DNA of 64,000 nucleotides from Octopus sinensis (GCF_006345805.1 NC_043025.1:13888001-13952000), one strand, 5' to 3'. Shown: positions 1-12,795, counted from the stretch's first letter. Notes: generated from the letters alone by a model not told the origin. Numbers and translations are program-made.

Positions 1-339
1 TATATATACATATATATATATACAGTGGCAGACTGGCCAGGTTACCAGATGGCAAGTGGGGCCCTGCACCACTCGAATCCATATTTGGGGGCCCAGTTAG
101 TATCTAAGAGGCCCATCCCCTCAAGTCTGAGAATTTTTTATTCACTCCTGGAAGAATACATTAATTATTTCAGCCTGGCTGTGTTTGTAGACATTTGAAA
201 AGAATTCTTATAAGAAAAAGGAAAAATTAAATGATAGCAGTTGCAGGAATATGCAAGTTGGACAGGTTAATAAATAAAGTATATTAAATACATGAAATAC
301 AAAAAAATATATGTGTTTATATACAAACAGGTCCTACTT

Positions 340-745
340 ACAATGGATGGATGGATGGATAGATAGATGCACAGGGAGACAGAGAAGATAGATAAATAGA
401 TAAACAGACAGACAGATGGGTAGATGGATAGATACGTACATAGATAGATAGATAGATAGATGGATGGATAGATAGATAGACAGACAGATAGATAGACAGA
501 CAAACAGATGGATAGATAGACAGATAGATAGATAGATAGAAAGATAGACAGACAGATAGATAGACAGACAAACAGATGGATAGATAGACAGATAGATAGG
601 TAGATAGATAGATGGATAGACAGTCAGACAGATGGGTAGACAGAAAGATAGACAGACAGACAGACAGATAGATAGACAGACAGACAAACAGATGGATAGA
701 TAGACAGACAGATAGATGGATGGATGGATAGATAGATAGATAGGT
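340..745. repeat. Compound (GATA/GACA/GGAT)n tetranucleotide microsatellite
   Basis: Direct reading: continuous gata/gaca/ggat units. The LSIY/LSVC ORFs are translations of this repeat. Confidence 0.95.
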
Positions 746-835
746 AAGTATGACGGTGAAGAGACAGGGGGGGGTGATTGGATGTAGCAGGTAAGTAGAT
801 TAAGAAGATAAAAACAAGACTTTCTTTTGCCTCAC

Positions 836-1137
836 CTGTGCGATAAAGCCAGAGCAAGTAATTCATGGATGAGCCACGGTTGCATGGAATAAGTGACGAT
901 GGAAACCTTGATGGAGTTCGGTTCGTCCAGGGCTGCATCTATGAGCTGTAGCATGGCCGGTCTGATGTGTTCGAGGAGGTCCTCCACGCCGTCCGTCCAC
1001 ATCCCGCCCGTGTGGATCTCCAATAGAGTCTGGTCGAAGTCTATGGCCAACAGTAAGATCTTCTTGCGACGGAGCTCGGCTACGATGTCGTTCATGTTGG
1101 TCTTCGGCTTTTTCTTGGACAACCAAGAATTGGACAT
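836..1137 (-). CDS. First coding exon of an uncharacterised HAD-superfamily hydrolase (probable phosphatase); gene continues beyond the left edge
   Basis: ACC-ATG Kozak context at 1137. MSNSW...LLAIDFDQTLLEIHTGG contains HAD motif I (hhhDxDxT) and IVTYS resembles motif II. The exon ends at a canonical CAG|GTGAG donor (836/835, phase 2). GC-rich coding-like island between microsatellites. Confidence 0.8.
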
Positions 1138-1366
1138 GGTTTCCTGGTCTCACCCCAAAACACCACGAAAACTCTGTCGGCCCTCGATCCGTTAAATGCT
1201 GGCTTGGGTTAACTACGTTGAGGCCAAACAAAAGTGCGCAGCGCTTCAGCACTCCTCTTTCAGTTTCTGCTATATATATATATATATATATATTTTATAG
1301 GGTCGCGGTTCAAAGCATGGGTGTACAACACAGGGTAGTGGCCTTTCACGAATCTAAATGAACAAT

Positions 1367-1407
<41 letters not shown>

Positions 1408-2489
1408 ATGTGGTTTCTTATCAATAAATAAATATCAGAGGGGGCCACTACATTGATTTCCGTTGAGGGGGTACTTTAATACTACAAAACGACTGTGTAT
1501 ACACACAGATATATATATGGATAATTTAATCTTACTTGTTCAGTCCTGTAAGGCAGAGCACCGGATAATATGTCATATTATATATATGTGTATATATATG
1601 TATATATATATATATATATGTAAGCTTTTTTTTTGTAGTTGTTGTTCGGTTTTTCTTTCTTTTTTCGACGTTTTCTAAAGTTGAAAGTGACTTCGAAGTA
1701 TAAAGTTCCCGTCTTTACCGGTCTGATTTGTCAAAAAATGATCTTGGATTCTACATCACCAGATCCTTGTTTTGAATTTTCCTTCTTTTTTATTTTTAGT
1801 GTTAATATATGTTCTACAGGCATCCTAGAAATATATATATACATGTAATATATATATATATATTATATAGATATATATATATACGAGTCTATTTGGACAT
1901 GCGTGTATACACAACTACATATATATATATACACACATATATATGTATATATATATATATGTATGTATATATGTATAAAATGTTCCTTTTTGTCTCTTTG
2001 GGTCGCGGTTTCGTTTCGTGGTAGGTCTCTCAGTCCAGATCCAGATCCAGCATCCGCATCAGAAGAACACAGATCAAAGGCGACGTTCCAACCATGACCA
2101 CCGCATCCGTTTTCATCTTTCTTCCTTCCTTCTTTCACTCAGAAAGGAGACACACGCACAATATTTAAGGCCACATCATCCATCACAACAGCTCCTCTCT
2201 TCTCTCTTCCCTATAAATATAGATCTATGTTTAAATAAATATAAATAAGTAAAGGATCTTTGGCCCTTAGAGAAAATGTGGATGCAGTTTCCTGAGAAGA
2301 ATGTTTGGAACTGGCTCAAGAGAGGCGACACCGGTCAGCCAGCAACACACGTCCCCCGTCAAAAGCTGTTCCGGTGATTTTAACCGTCAGCAGCTTCCTT
2401 CTTTTATTATAACGGATTCAATTATAACGCGGATCTCTTTCCTGCTTTGCGTTTTTTTTGTTCTTTTTTGTTGTTTTTCTTTTATAAAA

Positions 2490-3199
2490 GACGCAAATCA
2501 CGTAAAAATTGTTGTTTGACTTGTTGAAAATTCCACAAGACGAAGCTGGTAGTCGGGGCAACATATTTATGTTGCGAGTGGACCGACTCTTTCCAGCAAA
2601 GATGGCTTTTAAGGCGTACAACTACAGTTTAGTGCCCCGATAACTATCGTCTCATAATAAATATAAAAATAGTTGTGTATACACGCATGTCCATATATAT
2701 ATATATATATTTCTATGATGCCTGTAGAACATATATTAACACTATATGGACCGACTCATTTCAGCAAAGATGATTTTAAGGCGTACTACAGTTTAGTGCC
2801 CCGATAACTATCGTCTCATAATTTTCTTAATAAAATATGTCTTTTTAATTCAAACCACGTAAAAATTGTTGTTTGACTTGTTAAAATTCCACAAGACGAA
2901 GTTGGTAGTCGGGGCAACATATTTATGTTGCGAGTGGACCGACTCTTTTCAGCAAATATGCTTTTAAGGCGTACAACTACAGTTTAGTGCCCCGATAACT
3001 ATCGTCTCATAATATATATATATATAGTTATGTCTAGTTATATTTGCAATATATCAATGTATAATATCATTGCTGTGGTGTAATGGTTTAATAAAGTATT
3101 GATTGGGTATTATCTGATGGTTGATGATTGATTTACGTATGTTTCTCCATTTTCTCATTTTGTATATAGTTGTGTATACACGCAGGTCCAAATAGACTC

Positions 3200-3235
<36 letters not shown>

Positions 3236-4612
3236 CTATGATGCCTGTAGGACATATATTAACACTATATGGACCGACTCATTTCAGCAAAAATGCTTTT
3301 AAGGTGTACAACTACAGTTTAGTGCCCCGATAACTATCGTTTCATAATTTTCTTTATAAAATATGTTTTTTTAATTCAAATCACGTAAAAATTGTCGTTT
3401 GACTTGTTAAAATTCCACAAGACGAAGCTGGTAGTCGGGGCAACATATTTATGTTGCGAGTGGACCGACTCATTTCAGTAAAGATACTTTTAAGACGTAC
3501 AACTACAGTTTAGTGCCCCGATACGTTCTGAGTTCAACTTTGCCTTTCATCCTTTCGGGGTCGATAAATTAAGTACCAGTTACACACTGGGGTCGATGTA
3601 ATCGACTTATCCCTTGTTTGTCTCCTCTATGTTTAGTCCCTTGTGGGTAATAAAGAAATAGGTATCGTCTCATAATTTTCTTAATAAAATATGTCTTTTT
3701 AATTCAAATCACGTAAAAGTTGTTGTTTGACTTGTTAAAATTCCACAAGACGAAGCTGGTAGTCGGGGCAACATATTTATGTTGCGAGTGGACCGACTCA
3801 TTTCAGTAAAGATACTTTTAAGGCGTACAACTACAGTTTAGTGCCCCGATACGTTGTGAGTTCAAATCCCGCCGGGGTCGACTTTGAATAGGCATGGTAT
3901 GTTTGTTAAGGTCGACTTTGCCTTTCATCCTTTCGGGGTCGATAAATTCAGTACCAGTTATGCACTGAGTCGATGTAATCGACTTAATACCTATGTCTGT
4001 CCTTGTTTGTCCCCTCTATGTTTAGCCCCTTGTGGGCAATAAAGAAATAGGTATCGTCTCATAATTTTCTTAATAAAATATGTCTTTTTAATTCAAATCA
4101 CGTAAAAATTGTTGTTTGACTTGTTAAAAATTCCACAAGACAAAGCAGGCAGTCGGGGCAACATATTTATGTTGCGAGTGGACCGACTCTTTCCAGCAAA
4201 GATGGCTTTTAAGGCGTACAACTACAGTTTAGTGCCCCGATAACTATCGTCTCATAATAAATATAAAAGTAGTTGTGTATACACGCATGTCCATATATAT
4301 ATATATATATTTCTATGATGCCTGTAGAACATATATTAACACTATATGGACCGACTCATTTCAGCAAAGATGATTTTAAGGCGTACTACAGTTTAGTGCC
4401 CCGATAACTATCGTCTCATAATTTTCTTAATAAAATATGTCTTTTTAATTCAAACCACGTAAAAATTGTTGTTTGACTTGTTAAAATTCCACAAGACAAA
4501 GTTGGTAGTCGGGGCAACATATTTATGTTGCGAGTGGACCGACTCATTTCAGCAAAAATGTTTTTAAGGCGTACAACTACAGTTTAGTGCCCCGATAACT
4601 ATCGTCTCAATT
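2490..4612. repeat. Interrupted tandem array of a ~170-bp unit (6 full and 3 partial copies)
   Basis: The core cacgtaaaaattgttgtttgacttg...gtgccccgat starts at about 2500, 2857, 3381, 3709, 4100 and 4457. 2490-3010 is re-copied at 4090-4610 (offset 1600). Interrupted by (TA)n and two SINE fragments. Confidence 0.9.
3521..3660 (+). mobile_element. tRNA-SINE family B fragment inserted in the tandem array
   Basis: acgttctgagttcaa...gcctttcatcctttcggggtcgataaattaagtaccag...aaagaaata, matching many dispersed copies in the window. A second insertion at 3851-4050 sits at the same unit position. Confidence 0.8.
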
Positions 4613-5049
4613 TTGTTAATAATATATGTCTTTTTAATGATATTTTTCAATAATTCCAGAAAACTAAAGCGGAAGAGACAGGACAATTGTCAGTTTATTT
4701 TGGGAGGCTTATCTATAGCTAAATAACCCCATAAACTTTCTTCCGTTTCAGTTTCTTAATAACGAGACATTTTTTTCATGAAATTTCATAGAGGTACATT
4801 TTCAGATATAATGCATATTTTTTAACGAAATTTTGCAGAAATTCCTCAAAACAAACTTGCTGGTCGGAGCAACACCTATGATGTTTGTCGACCGTCGTTT
4901 AATCCTAAAAAACAGATTTTTGGAGGTGTGTATCCGCAATTCAATGACTCACCTTCTCACAGTCTTCCTAATAATGCATACTTTTCAATTAAATTTTACA
5001 GTGGTACATTTCCAAATGTATAGATTACGATTATAAAGGTGAAATAAGT

Positions 5050-5500
5050 CGATATAATTGACTTAATCCCTTTGTCTGTCCCCTCTATGTTTAGCCCCTT
5101 GTGGGCAGTAAAGAAATAGGTATTTCGTCTGCCATTACGTTCTGAGTTCAAATTCCGCCGAAGTCAACCTCGCTTTTCCTCCTTTCGGGGTCGATTAAAT
5201 AAGTACCAGTTACGCACTGGGGTCGATGTGATCGACTTAATCCCTTTGCCTGTCTTTGTTTGTCCCCTCTATATTTAGCCCCTTGTGAGCAATAAAGAAA
5301 TTAGAAACATTAGAATGCTGGTCGAAATCCTTAGGGGTTCTGAGTTCAAATTCTGCCGAGGTCGACTTTGTCTTTCATTCTTTCGGGGTCGATAAATTAA
5401 GTACCAGTTACACACTGGGCTCAATATAATCGACTTAATCCTTTTGTCTATCCTTGTTTGTCCCCTCTGTTTTTAGCCCCCTTGTGGGCAATAAAGAAAT
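5050..5500 (+). mobile_element. Tandem SINE family B copies
   Basis: Repeated gagttcaaattccgccgaggtcgactttgcctttcatcctttcggggtcgat bodies with aaagaaat tails. Confidence 0.8.
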
Positions 5501-5669
5501 AAGAAGCTTGCTTCCCAACCACATGGTTCCAGGTTCAGTCCCGCAGTGTGGCACCTTGGGCAAGTGTCTTCTACCACTGCCCTGGACCGACCAAAGCTTT
5601 GTGAGTGGATTTGGTGGACGGAAAGAGAAGGAAACCTGTAGTATATATATATATATATATTCTGTGTCT

Positions 5670-6150
5670 GTAACTTGAGTCAGAGATTCCATATCTAATA
5701 TCAGAGTTGCCAGTACCACAACTTGAGTGGGAGGTAGAAATCATAACTTGAATCAGAATTGGCAGTACCACAACTTGATGAGAGGCAGAGGTATCACAAC
5801 CTGAGTCAGAGGTACCATAATGCAAATCAGTCAGTGGTACCACAACTTGAGTCAGAGTCAGTGATATCACAACTTGAGTGATAGGCAACAGTACCACAAC
5901 CTGAGTCAGAGGTACCATAATACAAATCAGTCAGTGGTACCACAACTTGAGTCAGAGTCAGTGATACCACAACTTGAGTCAGAGTCGGCAGTACCACAAC
6001 TCGAGTGATAGGCAACAGTACCACAACCTGAGTCAGCGTCAGTGGTACCATAACTTGAGTCAGAGTCGGCAGTACCACAACTCGAGTGATAGGCAACAGT
6101 ACCACAACCTGAGTCAGCGTCAGTGGTACCATAACTTGAGTCGGAGTAAG
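5670..6150. repeat. ~27-bp minisatellite with an 81-bp higher-order repeat
   Basis: Units like gtaccacaacttgagtcagagtcggca. 5995-6075 is duplicated at 6076-6150. Contains nine TGAGTCA heptamers. Confidence 0.9.
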
Positions 6151-6567
6151 AGTTGGAGTCCAAGGTATTGCACATCAACTCCATAGTCCTAGTGAGACCC
6201 AGGGAAAAAATAACAACAACAACAGAAATAACAGGACACACAATGTATAATATAAGTATTTTTTTTTTCCTCTTTTATTCAAACCATCAGCAGGACAAAA
6301 TAACAATAAATATTAAAAACAGGGGACCTTTGATTCGATAGACAACAAAAGATGATTGTAGCAAGCTGGTTATTCTGAGGCAGACCTCTAACATAGAAAT
6401 CACAGACCAACGCATGAACTGGTGATGTCTTTCTGGCATTCTTCGCCTCCTCCCATGCCACTGGTCAGTTTGACCACAGTTAAATTGGCGGGGGGACATA
6501 CGAGGTGCGTTCAAAAAGTATCCGACTTTATTTTCTTCTTGCTCAAATTAATTCCACGTGGGTAAAT

Positions 6568-6951
6568 GGAAGCACTCCATTGGTTACGACGATGAGGGTT
6601 CCGGTTGATCCGAATCAACGGAACAGCCTGCTCGTGAAATTAACGTGTAAGTGGCTGAGCACTCCACAGACAACGTGTACCCTTAACGTAGTTCTCGGGG
6701 ATATTCAGCATGACACAGAGAGTGACAAGGCCGGCCCCTTGAAATACAGGTACAACAGAAACAGGAAGTAAGAGTGAGAGAAAGTTGTGGTGAAAGAGTA
6801 CAGCAGGGATCACCACCATCCCCTGCCGGAGCCTCGTGGAGCTTTTAGGTGTTTTCGCTCAATAAACACTCACAACGCCCGGTCTAGGAATCGAAACCGC
6901 GATCCTATGACCGTGAGTCCGCTGCCCTAACCACTGGGCCATTGCGCCTCC
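6568..6951 (-). mobile_element. tRNA-SINE family D, full length
   Basis: Minus strand begins GGAGGCGCAATGGCCCAGTGGTTAGGGCAGCGGACTC...GGTTTCGATTCC (A/B-box-like). Near-identical to 20475-20856. Confidence 0.85.
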
Positions 6952-7164
6952 ATGTGGGTAAAACCCTTAGGGTGAGAGGAGATACTACCCTTCACACTTC
7001 CTGCGCATGCAGGAAAATTTTAGCGCCGGTAAGCCATGTCAGATACCGGTTGTTATACTGGGGGTACAGATGTGTAGTGTGTGCTTGTCAGATTTTCGCT
7101 TTCATGCAAAGTGACTGAACACACATTGAGCAGAGACCATAAGCCCATATCTCATCACCAAAAT

Positions 7165-7319
7165 TTTTGCTGTGTGGTAAGAAACTTGCTTACGAACCAC
7201 ATGGTTCCAGGTTCAGTCCCACTGCGTGGCACCTTGGGCAAGTGTCTTCTGCTATAGCCTTGGCTGACCAAAGCCTTGTGAGTGGATTTGGTAGACGGAA
7301 ACTGAAAGAAGTCTGTCAT

Positions 7320-7366
<47 letters not shown>

Positions 7367-7625
7367 ATTTATGTATGTATATGTTTGTGTGTGTGTGTGT
7401 GTGTATGTCTTTGTGTCCGTGTTTGTCCTCCGCCATCACTTGACAACTGATGATTGTGTGTTTACATCCCCTGTAACTTAGCAGATCAGCAAAAGAGACT
7501 GATAGAATAAGTACTTACAAAGAATAAGTCCTGGGATCAATTTCTTCGACTGAAAAAAAAAACCCCTTTAAGGCGGTGCTCCAGCATGGCCACAGTCAAA
7601 TGTGAAACAAGTAAAAGAATAACAG
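7165..7625 (+). mobile_element. tRNA-SINE family A (gtggctgtgtggtaag head)
   Basis: B-box-like ggttcagtccc, central tggcaccttgggcaagtg, internal (TA)/(TG) tract and gactgaaacaagtaaaaga tail. More than 15 copies in the window. Confidence 0.85.
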
Positions 7626-7879
7626 ACCGTGTGCATGAAGGATGGCATCACCTCCCACCCATGCCCATCCATGCAGCTTTAGTTTTGATGTTCGAATACT
7701 TTTTGAATGCACGACGTATATATTTCATTGATGGTTAACCTGGTGATTTTGAACTGGGATTTATTTGGGAGTAGGTCAAGGGGCTGCAAAGATTTTGAGC
7801 TAAATGGGGGCATTGGAACCAATGGTGTTATATTTTGGAAACTTGATTTGTACTGGCCAAAGCAGTTTTGGAAGAATCA

Positions 7880-8300
7880 CTATTTTATACTGTGAAATGT
7901 AGACAGTATGAAATGTGAGATGTAGACCATGTGAGATGTAGACCGTGTGAAATGTAGAGTGTATGAAATGTGAAGTGTAGACCGTATGAAATGTGAGATG
8001 TCGACCGTATGAAATGTGAGATGTATACCGTGTGAAATGTGAGATGTAGAGTGTATGAAATGTGAGATGTGGACCGTATGAAATGTGAGATGTAGACCGT
8101 GTGAAATGTGAAATGTAGGCCGTATGATATGTGAGATGTTGACCTATGAATGTGAAATGTAGAGTGTATGAAATGTGAGATGTAGACCGTGTGAAATGTG
8201 AGATGTAGACCGTATGAAATGTGAGATGTAGACCGTATGAAATGTGAGATGTAGATCGTATGAAATGTGAGATGTAGATTATGAAATGTATAGTTTATGA
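7880..8300. repeat. 23-bp minisatellite (gtatgaaatgtgagatgtagacc)n
   Basis: Direct reading of about 17 diverged tandem units. Confidence 0.9.
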
Positions 8301-8599
8301 AGTATGGTTAAGAGTAGGATATAAAACATGATAGTGTGACATTGCAGTTTTAAAACAAAGAAATATGTGTGGGGAATGTGAAATGTAAACTGTATGAAAT
8401 GTGTGTGAGATATGTGAATTTTTTTTTACATGGTAAAGAGGCATGTGATACTAAATATGAAATGTGTGTATATACATATATATACACATACATATATACA
8501 CATATATGCTTACATACATATATATACATATAGAGAGAGATGGGGAGGGAGAGAGAGAGAGAAAGGCAACTTATTGATGTGGCATGGGAGAATTCAACA

Positions 8600-8765
8600 T
8601 CAGCAGTAGTAGTAGTAGTAGTAGCAGTAATAACAATACTTTCAGTAGCAGTAATAATAGCAGTAACAATAATAATAATAATAATAGCACTAGTGGTAGC
8701 AGAAGTAGTAATAGCAGTAGTATTAGTAGTGGCAGTACTAGTAGTAGTAGCAACAACAGCAGCGA
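8600..8765. repeat. (AGT/AGC/AAT)n low-complexity tract
   Basis: Direct reading; the poly-Ser/Val/Leu ORFs derive from it. Confidence 0.85.
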
Positions 8766-9019
8766 ACAGACAAAGCAAGCAGGCAGGGGTTCAAATGAAG
8801 CCGTTTCCGTCCATGGGACAGAATCATTGATGGCAGTACATGCGACAGTAGTTAACAAGAGGGATGTGTATGTAGTCACATGGCATGCCAGAAACAGCAG
8901 CCAAACCTCCCTCGAATTACACCCTTACTGTCTTGACAAAAAAAAATATATAAATAAATAGACATGTAGGTATATATTGTGCTTGAATAACAGGTTGGAT
9001 GGTCATGGATGGAAGACCT

Positions 9020-9625
9020 TTCGATCATAGGTTTGTTGGTTCACGTTGATTTAGGGCTAAAAAGCAACAACAACAAAACAACAACAAGGAAGGATACATT
9101 TGATAATGTAGTCCTAGATAGACTATGTCTGAATAAAAAAAACAGGACAGTCGTGGCTGGAACATCTTTGATCATAGGTCAATCTGGACAGGGACTGACC
9201 TGGGGTTAAACAGCAATAAGGAAGAACACATTTGATAATAGAGTCTTAGATACACTATGCCTAAGTGTAAAGACAGGATGGGCACAGCTGGAACATCTTT
9301 GATCATAGGTCTGCTGGATCAGGACTGACCTGGGGCTAAACAGAAACAACAACAAGGAAGGAGACATTAGATAATGTGGTCCTAGATAGACTATGTCTGA
9401 ATAAAAAGACTGGATTTGTCATGGCTGGAACATCTTTGGTCATTGAACTGCTGGATCAGGTCTAACCTAGGGTTAAACAACAACATGGGGCAGGAGGGCA
9501 CATTAGATAATGTAGTCCTAGATACACTATGTCTGTATGAAAGAGAGGGCGGTCACAATTGGAACATGCTCGATCACTAGATCGCTGGCTGGGGACCGAC
9601 CTGGGGCTAAACAACACCATGAAAC
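9020..9625 (+). repeat. Diverged ~125-140-bp tandem array ending in CAA-rich tails
   Basis: ggaacatctttgatcataggtc...gactgacctggggctaaacaacaac recurs about five times. A solitary related copy lies at about 11265-11345. Confidence 0.75.
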
Positions 9626-9844
9626 AGTGGAGAGATTTGTTGAAGTTCTATAGTTATTGTTGATGATGATGATGATGGTGGTCATGAAGATGATGATGAT
9701 GATGGCCTTCTGGTCAGAAACAATTCCCATTTTAGACAATCCGCAAAAGTGTGCCTCTATTTGAGCATTCAGCATGCTAGAAATATTAGCCACAATCTCA
9801 TCCCAGGAAGACCTGGAATGAGGTGGTGGAGCATGACCTTCAAA

Positions 9845-10525
9845 CACGGGGCCTCACCGAGGCAATGACTAGTGACCGGGACCTCTGGAAATATGCTGCG
9901 CTTCAGAAGACTCGGCAAGCGCAGGTGAGACCATAACCTTGTGGCCTATGCCAGGGGTGTAACCAGTCCACTTATGCGTGCCTTTCCTTCACTGGACACT
10001 AAACTCTGCTTGTGAAGACCTGTTGAGGCAAGTGAAATCGAAATCAAATTTGATGACTGGTATCTGTGCTAGTGGAGCGCTAAGAGAACCATACGAGTGA
10101 GATCGGGGCCAGAGCAACAAGCTGGCCTCCGAGCCGATGGCACGTTAAAAAACACCATTCAAGTGTGATCGTTACCTGCATCATCTTACTAGCACTTGTG
10201 CTGGTGGCACGTGAATAAAAATATTTGAGCGAGGTCGTTGCCAGTGCTGCTGGACTGGCTCCTGTGCAGGTGGCACATAAAAAGCACCATTTGAGCATGG
10301 CTGTTGCCAGTACCACCTAACTGGCCCTCGTGCCGGTGGCACATAAAAGCACCGACTATACTCTCGGAGTGGTTGGCATTAGGAAGGGCATCCAGCTGTA
10401 GAAACTCTGCCAGATCAGATTGGAGCCTGGTGCAGCCATCTGGTTCGCCAGACCTCAGTCAAAATCGTCCAACCCATGCTAATATGGAAAGCAGACGTTA
10501 AACGACGACGATGATGATGATGAAT
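9845..10525 (+). mobile_element. RTE-clade LINE 3' end (C-terminal codons plus 3'UTR, repeat family C) with (GAT)n tail
   Basis: GLTEAMTSDRDLWKYAALQKT resembles the RTE ORF C-terminus. It runs into the 3'UTR shared by many dispersed copies ending gttaaacgatgatgat. Confidence 0.7.
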
Positions 10526-10544
10526 AATTGATAATAATAATAAT

Positions 10545-10925
10545 CTTTTCTACTAAAGGCACAAGGCCTGAAATTTTGGGAGAGGGGACAAGTTGATTAC
10601 ATCGACCCCAAGGTTTCACTGGTACTTAATTTATCAACCCCGAAAAGATGAAAGGTAAAGTCAACCTCAGCAGGATTTGAACTCAAAACGTAAAGACAAA
10701 CGAAATACCTATTTCTTTATTACCCACAAGGGGCTAAACATAGAGGGGACAAACAAAGACAGACATAGGTATTAAGTCGATTACATCGACCCCAGTGCGT
10801 AACTGATATTTATTTTATCGACCCCAAAAGGATGAAAGGCAAAGTTGACCTCAGCAGGATTTGAACTCAGAACGTAGAGACAGACGAAATGCTGCTAAGC
10901 ATTTCACCCAGCATGCTAACGATTC
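10545..10925 (-). mobile_element. Tandem SINE family B copies
   Basis: Reverse complement of the family B body, twice. Confidence 0.8.
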
Positions 10926-11532
10926 TGCCAGCTTACGGCCTTAAATTCCACAATAATGGGATCTCGTTAGAGATGAACTTTATATTAATGAGATGTTATC
11001 ACAAATTAATTAAACTCGCTATAATGATGTCGTTCCACCAATGGAATCTTACCTTAATGAGGTTTTGTCATAGATGGGAATTTACCTTAATGAGATGACA
11101 CCCCCCACCCACCACTATACTGATTGAGATGCCCCCCCCCCCCACTACATCTAGTAGAAGTAAAGAGGAAAACTTTATGTAGATGTTCGATCTGGTAGAA
11201 ATAGCAGTGAAATCTCACTGAAATCACAGCCACTTTACTATCTTAAAAGGGGATGGTCATTGCTGGAACACTTTTGATCATCATCAGCATCGTACCTTGA
11301 TAGAGGACTGACCTGGGCCTAAACATCAACAACAACAACAACAACAAGATGTCATGGATGGAGCCATGCAATGAGGTGGTGACGTAGAGGGTGGAATTCC
11401 CTATGATGATGAGATGTTGTCATGGGTGGAACTCCCCTACAACGAGGAGGTGTTGTCATGGGTAGAAGTGTCCCCAAAAAGAAGAGATTACTGTAGATGG
11501 TGCTCCATGTAAATAAACCTATATATATGTAG

Positions 11533-11576
<44 letters not shown>

Positions 11577-11598
11577 TATATATATATATATACACACA

Positions 11599-11648
<50 letters not shown>

Positions 11649-11900
11649 TACATATATACACATATGTATGTACATATATGAATCTACATATACAAACACA
11701 CACACACACACACACACACATATATTTTCGCGCCCGACATCACAAAATGCCTCTGAATAAACAATGCCAGACAGCAAATAGAGACTCAGACATTGCTTAG
11801 AAAATATTCTTCATTTTTAACCTCGTATATAGTACGTACTAGGGATTTTGAGCTTTAAATTTTTAGGGAAAAAATGCGGATTATACTCAAGGATTTACGG

Positions 11901-11945
<45 letters not shown>

Positions 11946-12315
11946 CCTGTGAAGGGAGTAGCAAATTAAACCAGAAATGTCTTAAACAGACAGTTGCCGT
12001 TCCAACGTCCATACATATACACAATGCATACATATGAGTGTATATCTATGCATATACACAAACAGGGAGAGGTGAGATAGTTAATACAAAATGCAGAGTT
12101 TACACTAATATAATAATAATAATAACAATTAAAGCAAAACAGAATTCTTCTTAGTTCGTTAATCTGAGCTTCACGTAACTGCTTTTCCAGCTTGTACATA
12201 TAGCTATATATCTATCACACACACACACATATATATACATCTGTATCTATCTATCTATTTATATCTAACTAGCTATCTATGTATATATATATATATATAC
12301 ACACATCTGTATCTA

Positions 12316-12352
<37 letters not shown>

Positions 12353-12389
12353 CTGTATCTATCTATCTATATATATACATCTGTATGTA

Positions 12390-12442
<53 letters not shown>

Positions 12443-12744
12443 AAAATTTAGAGGAAGAATAAAATAAGGGTCTACATACATAAAATTGTATGTAAAAAAC
12501 TTTTAATCATCGGATTTCTTTTAAAATATGCTAGGCCACTGGTTTTAATTGATTAATATCAAATTCTACCCTTATTTAATTTTATATATATATATATATA
12601 CATCTGTATCTATCTATCTATCTATCTATATATATATATGTGTATATATATAAATATATATATATACACACACACACACCCACGCACAAACACACATATA
12701 TACACACCCAATGCCTGTAAAATACAGGAAGTCATGAAAGGCGT

Positions 12745-12795
12745 TCACGCCAAATTCTCCAGTTCTCGTTTGTGGTCATTCTCTGTTAACCAGAT
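12745..12795 (-). CDS. TBCCD1: TBCCD1 coding exon 18 (IWLTENDHKRELENLA*)
   Basis: tttcag| acceptor, phase 0, ends in TGA; matches the human EWLINTGHRQQLDSL region. Confidence 0.9.
   Translation of the reverse strand: MWLTENDHKRELENLA

Noticed and set aside
863-1252. Alternative-frame and antisense ORFs overlapping the HAD exon
   Set aside because: Explained as shadow frames of a GC-rich exon; non-ATG starts or no motifs.
1536-1545. Possible 10-nt micro-exon (ttacag|GACTGAACAA|gtaag) upstream of the HAD exon
   Set aside because: Splice motifs alone are too common to support it; needs junction reads.
6900-6951. tRNA-like sequences at SINE heads (also 20.8, 31.9 and 56.0 kb)
   Set aside because: A/B-box-like heads continue into SINE bodies and do not form a complete cloverleaf; not tRNA genes.
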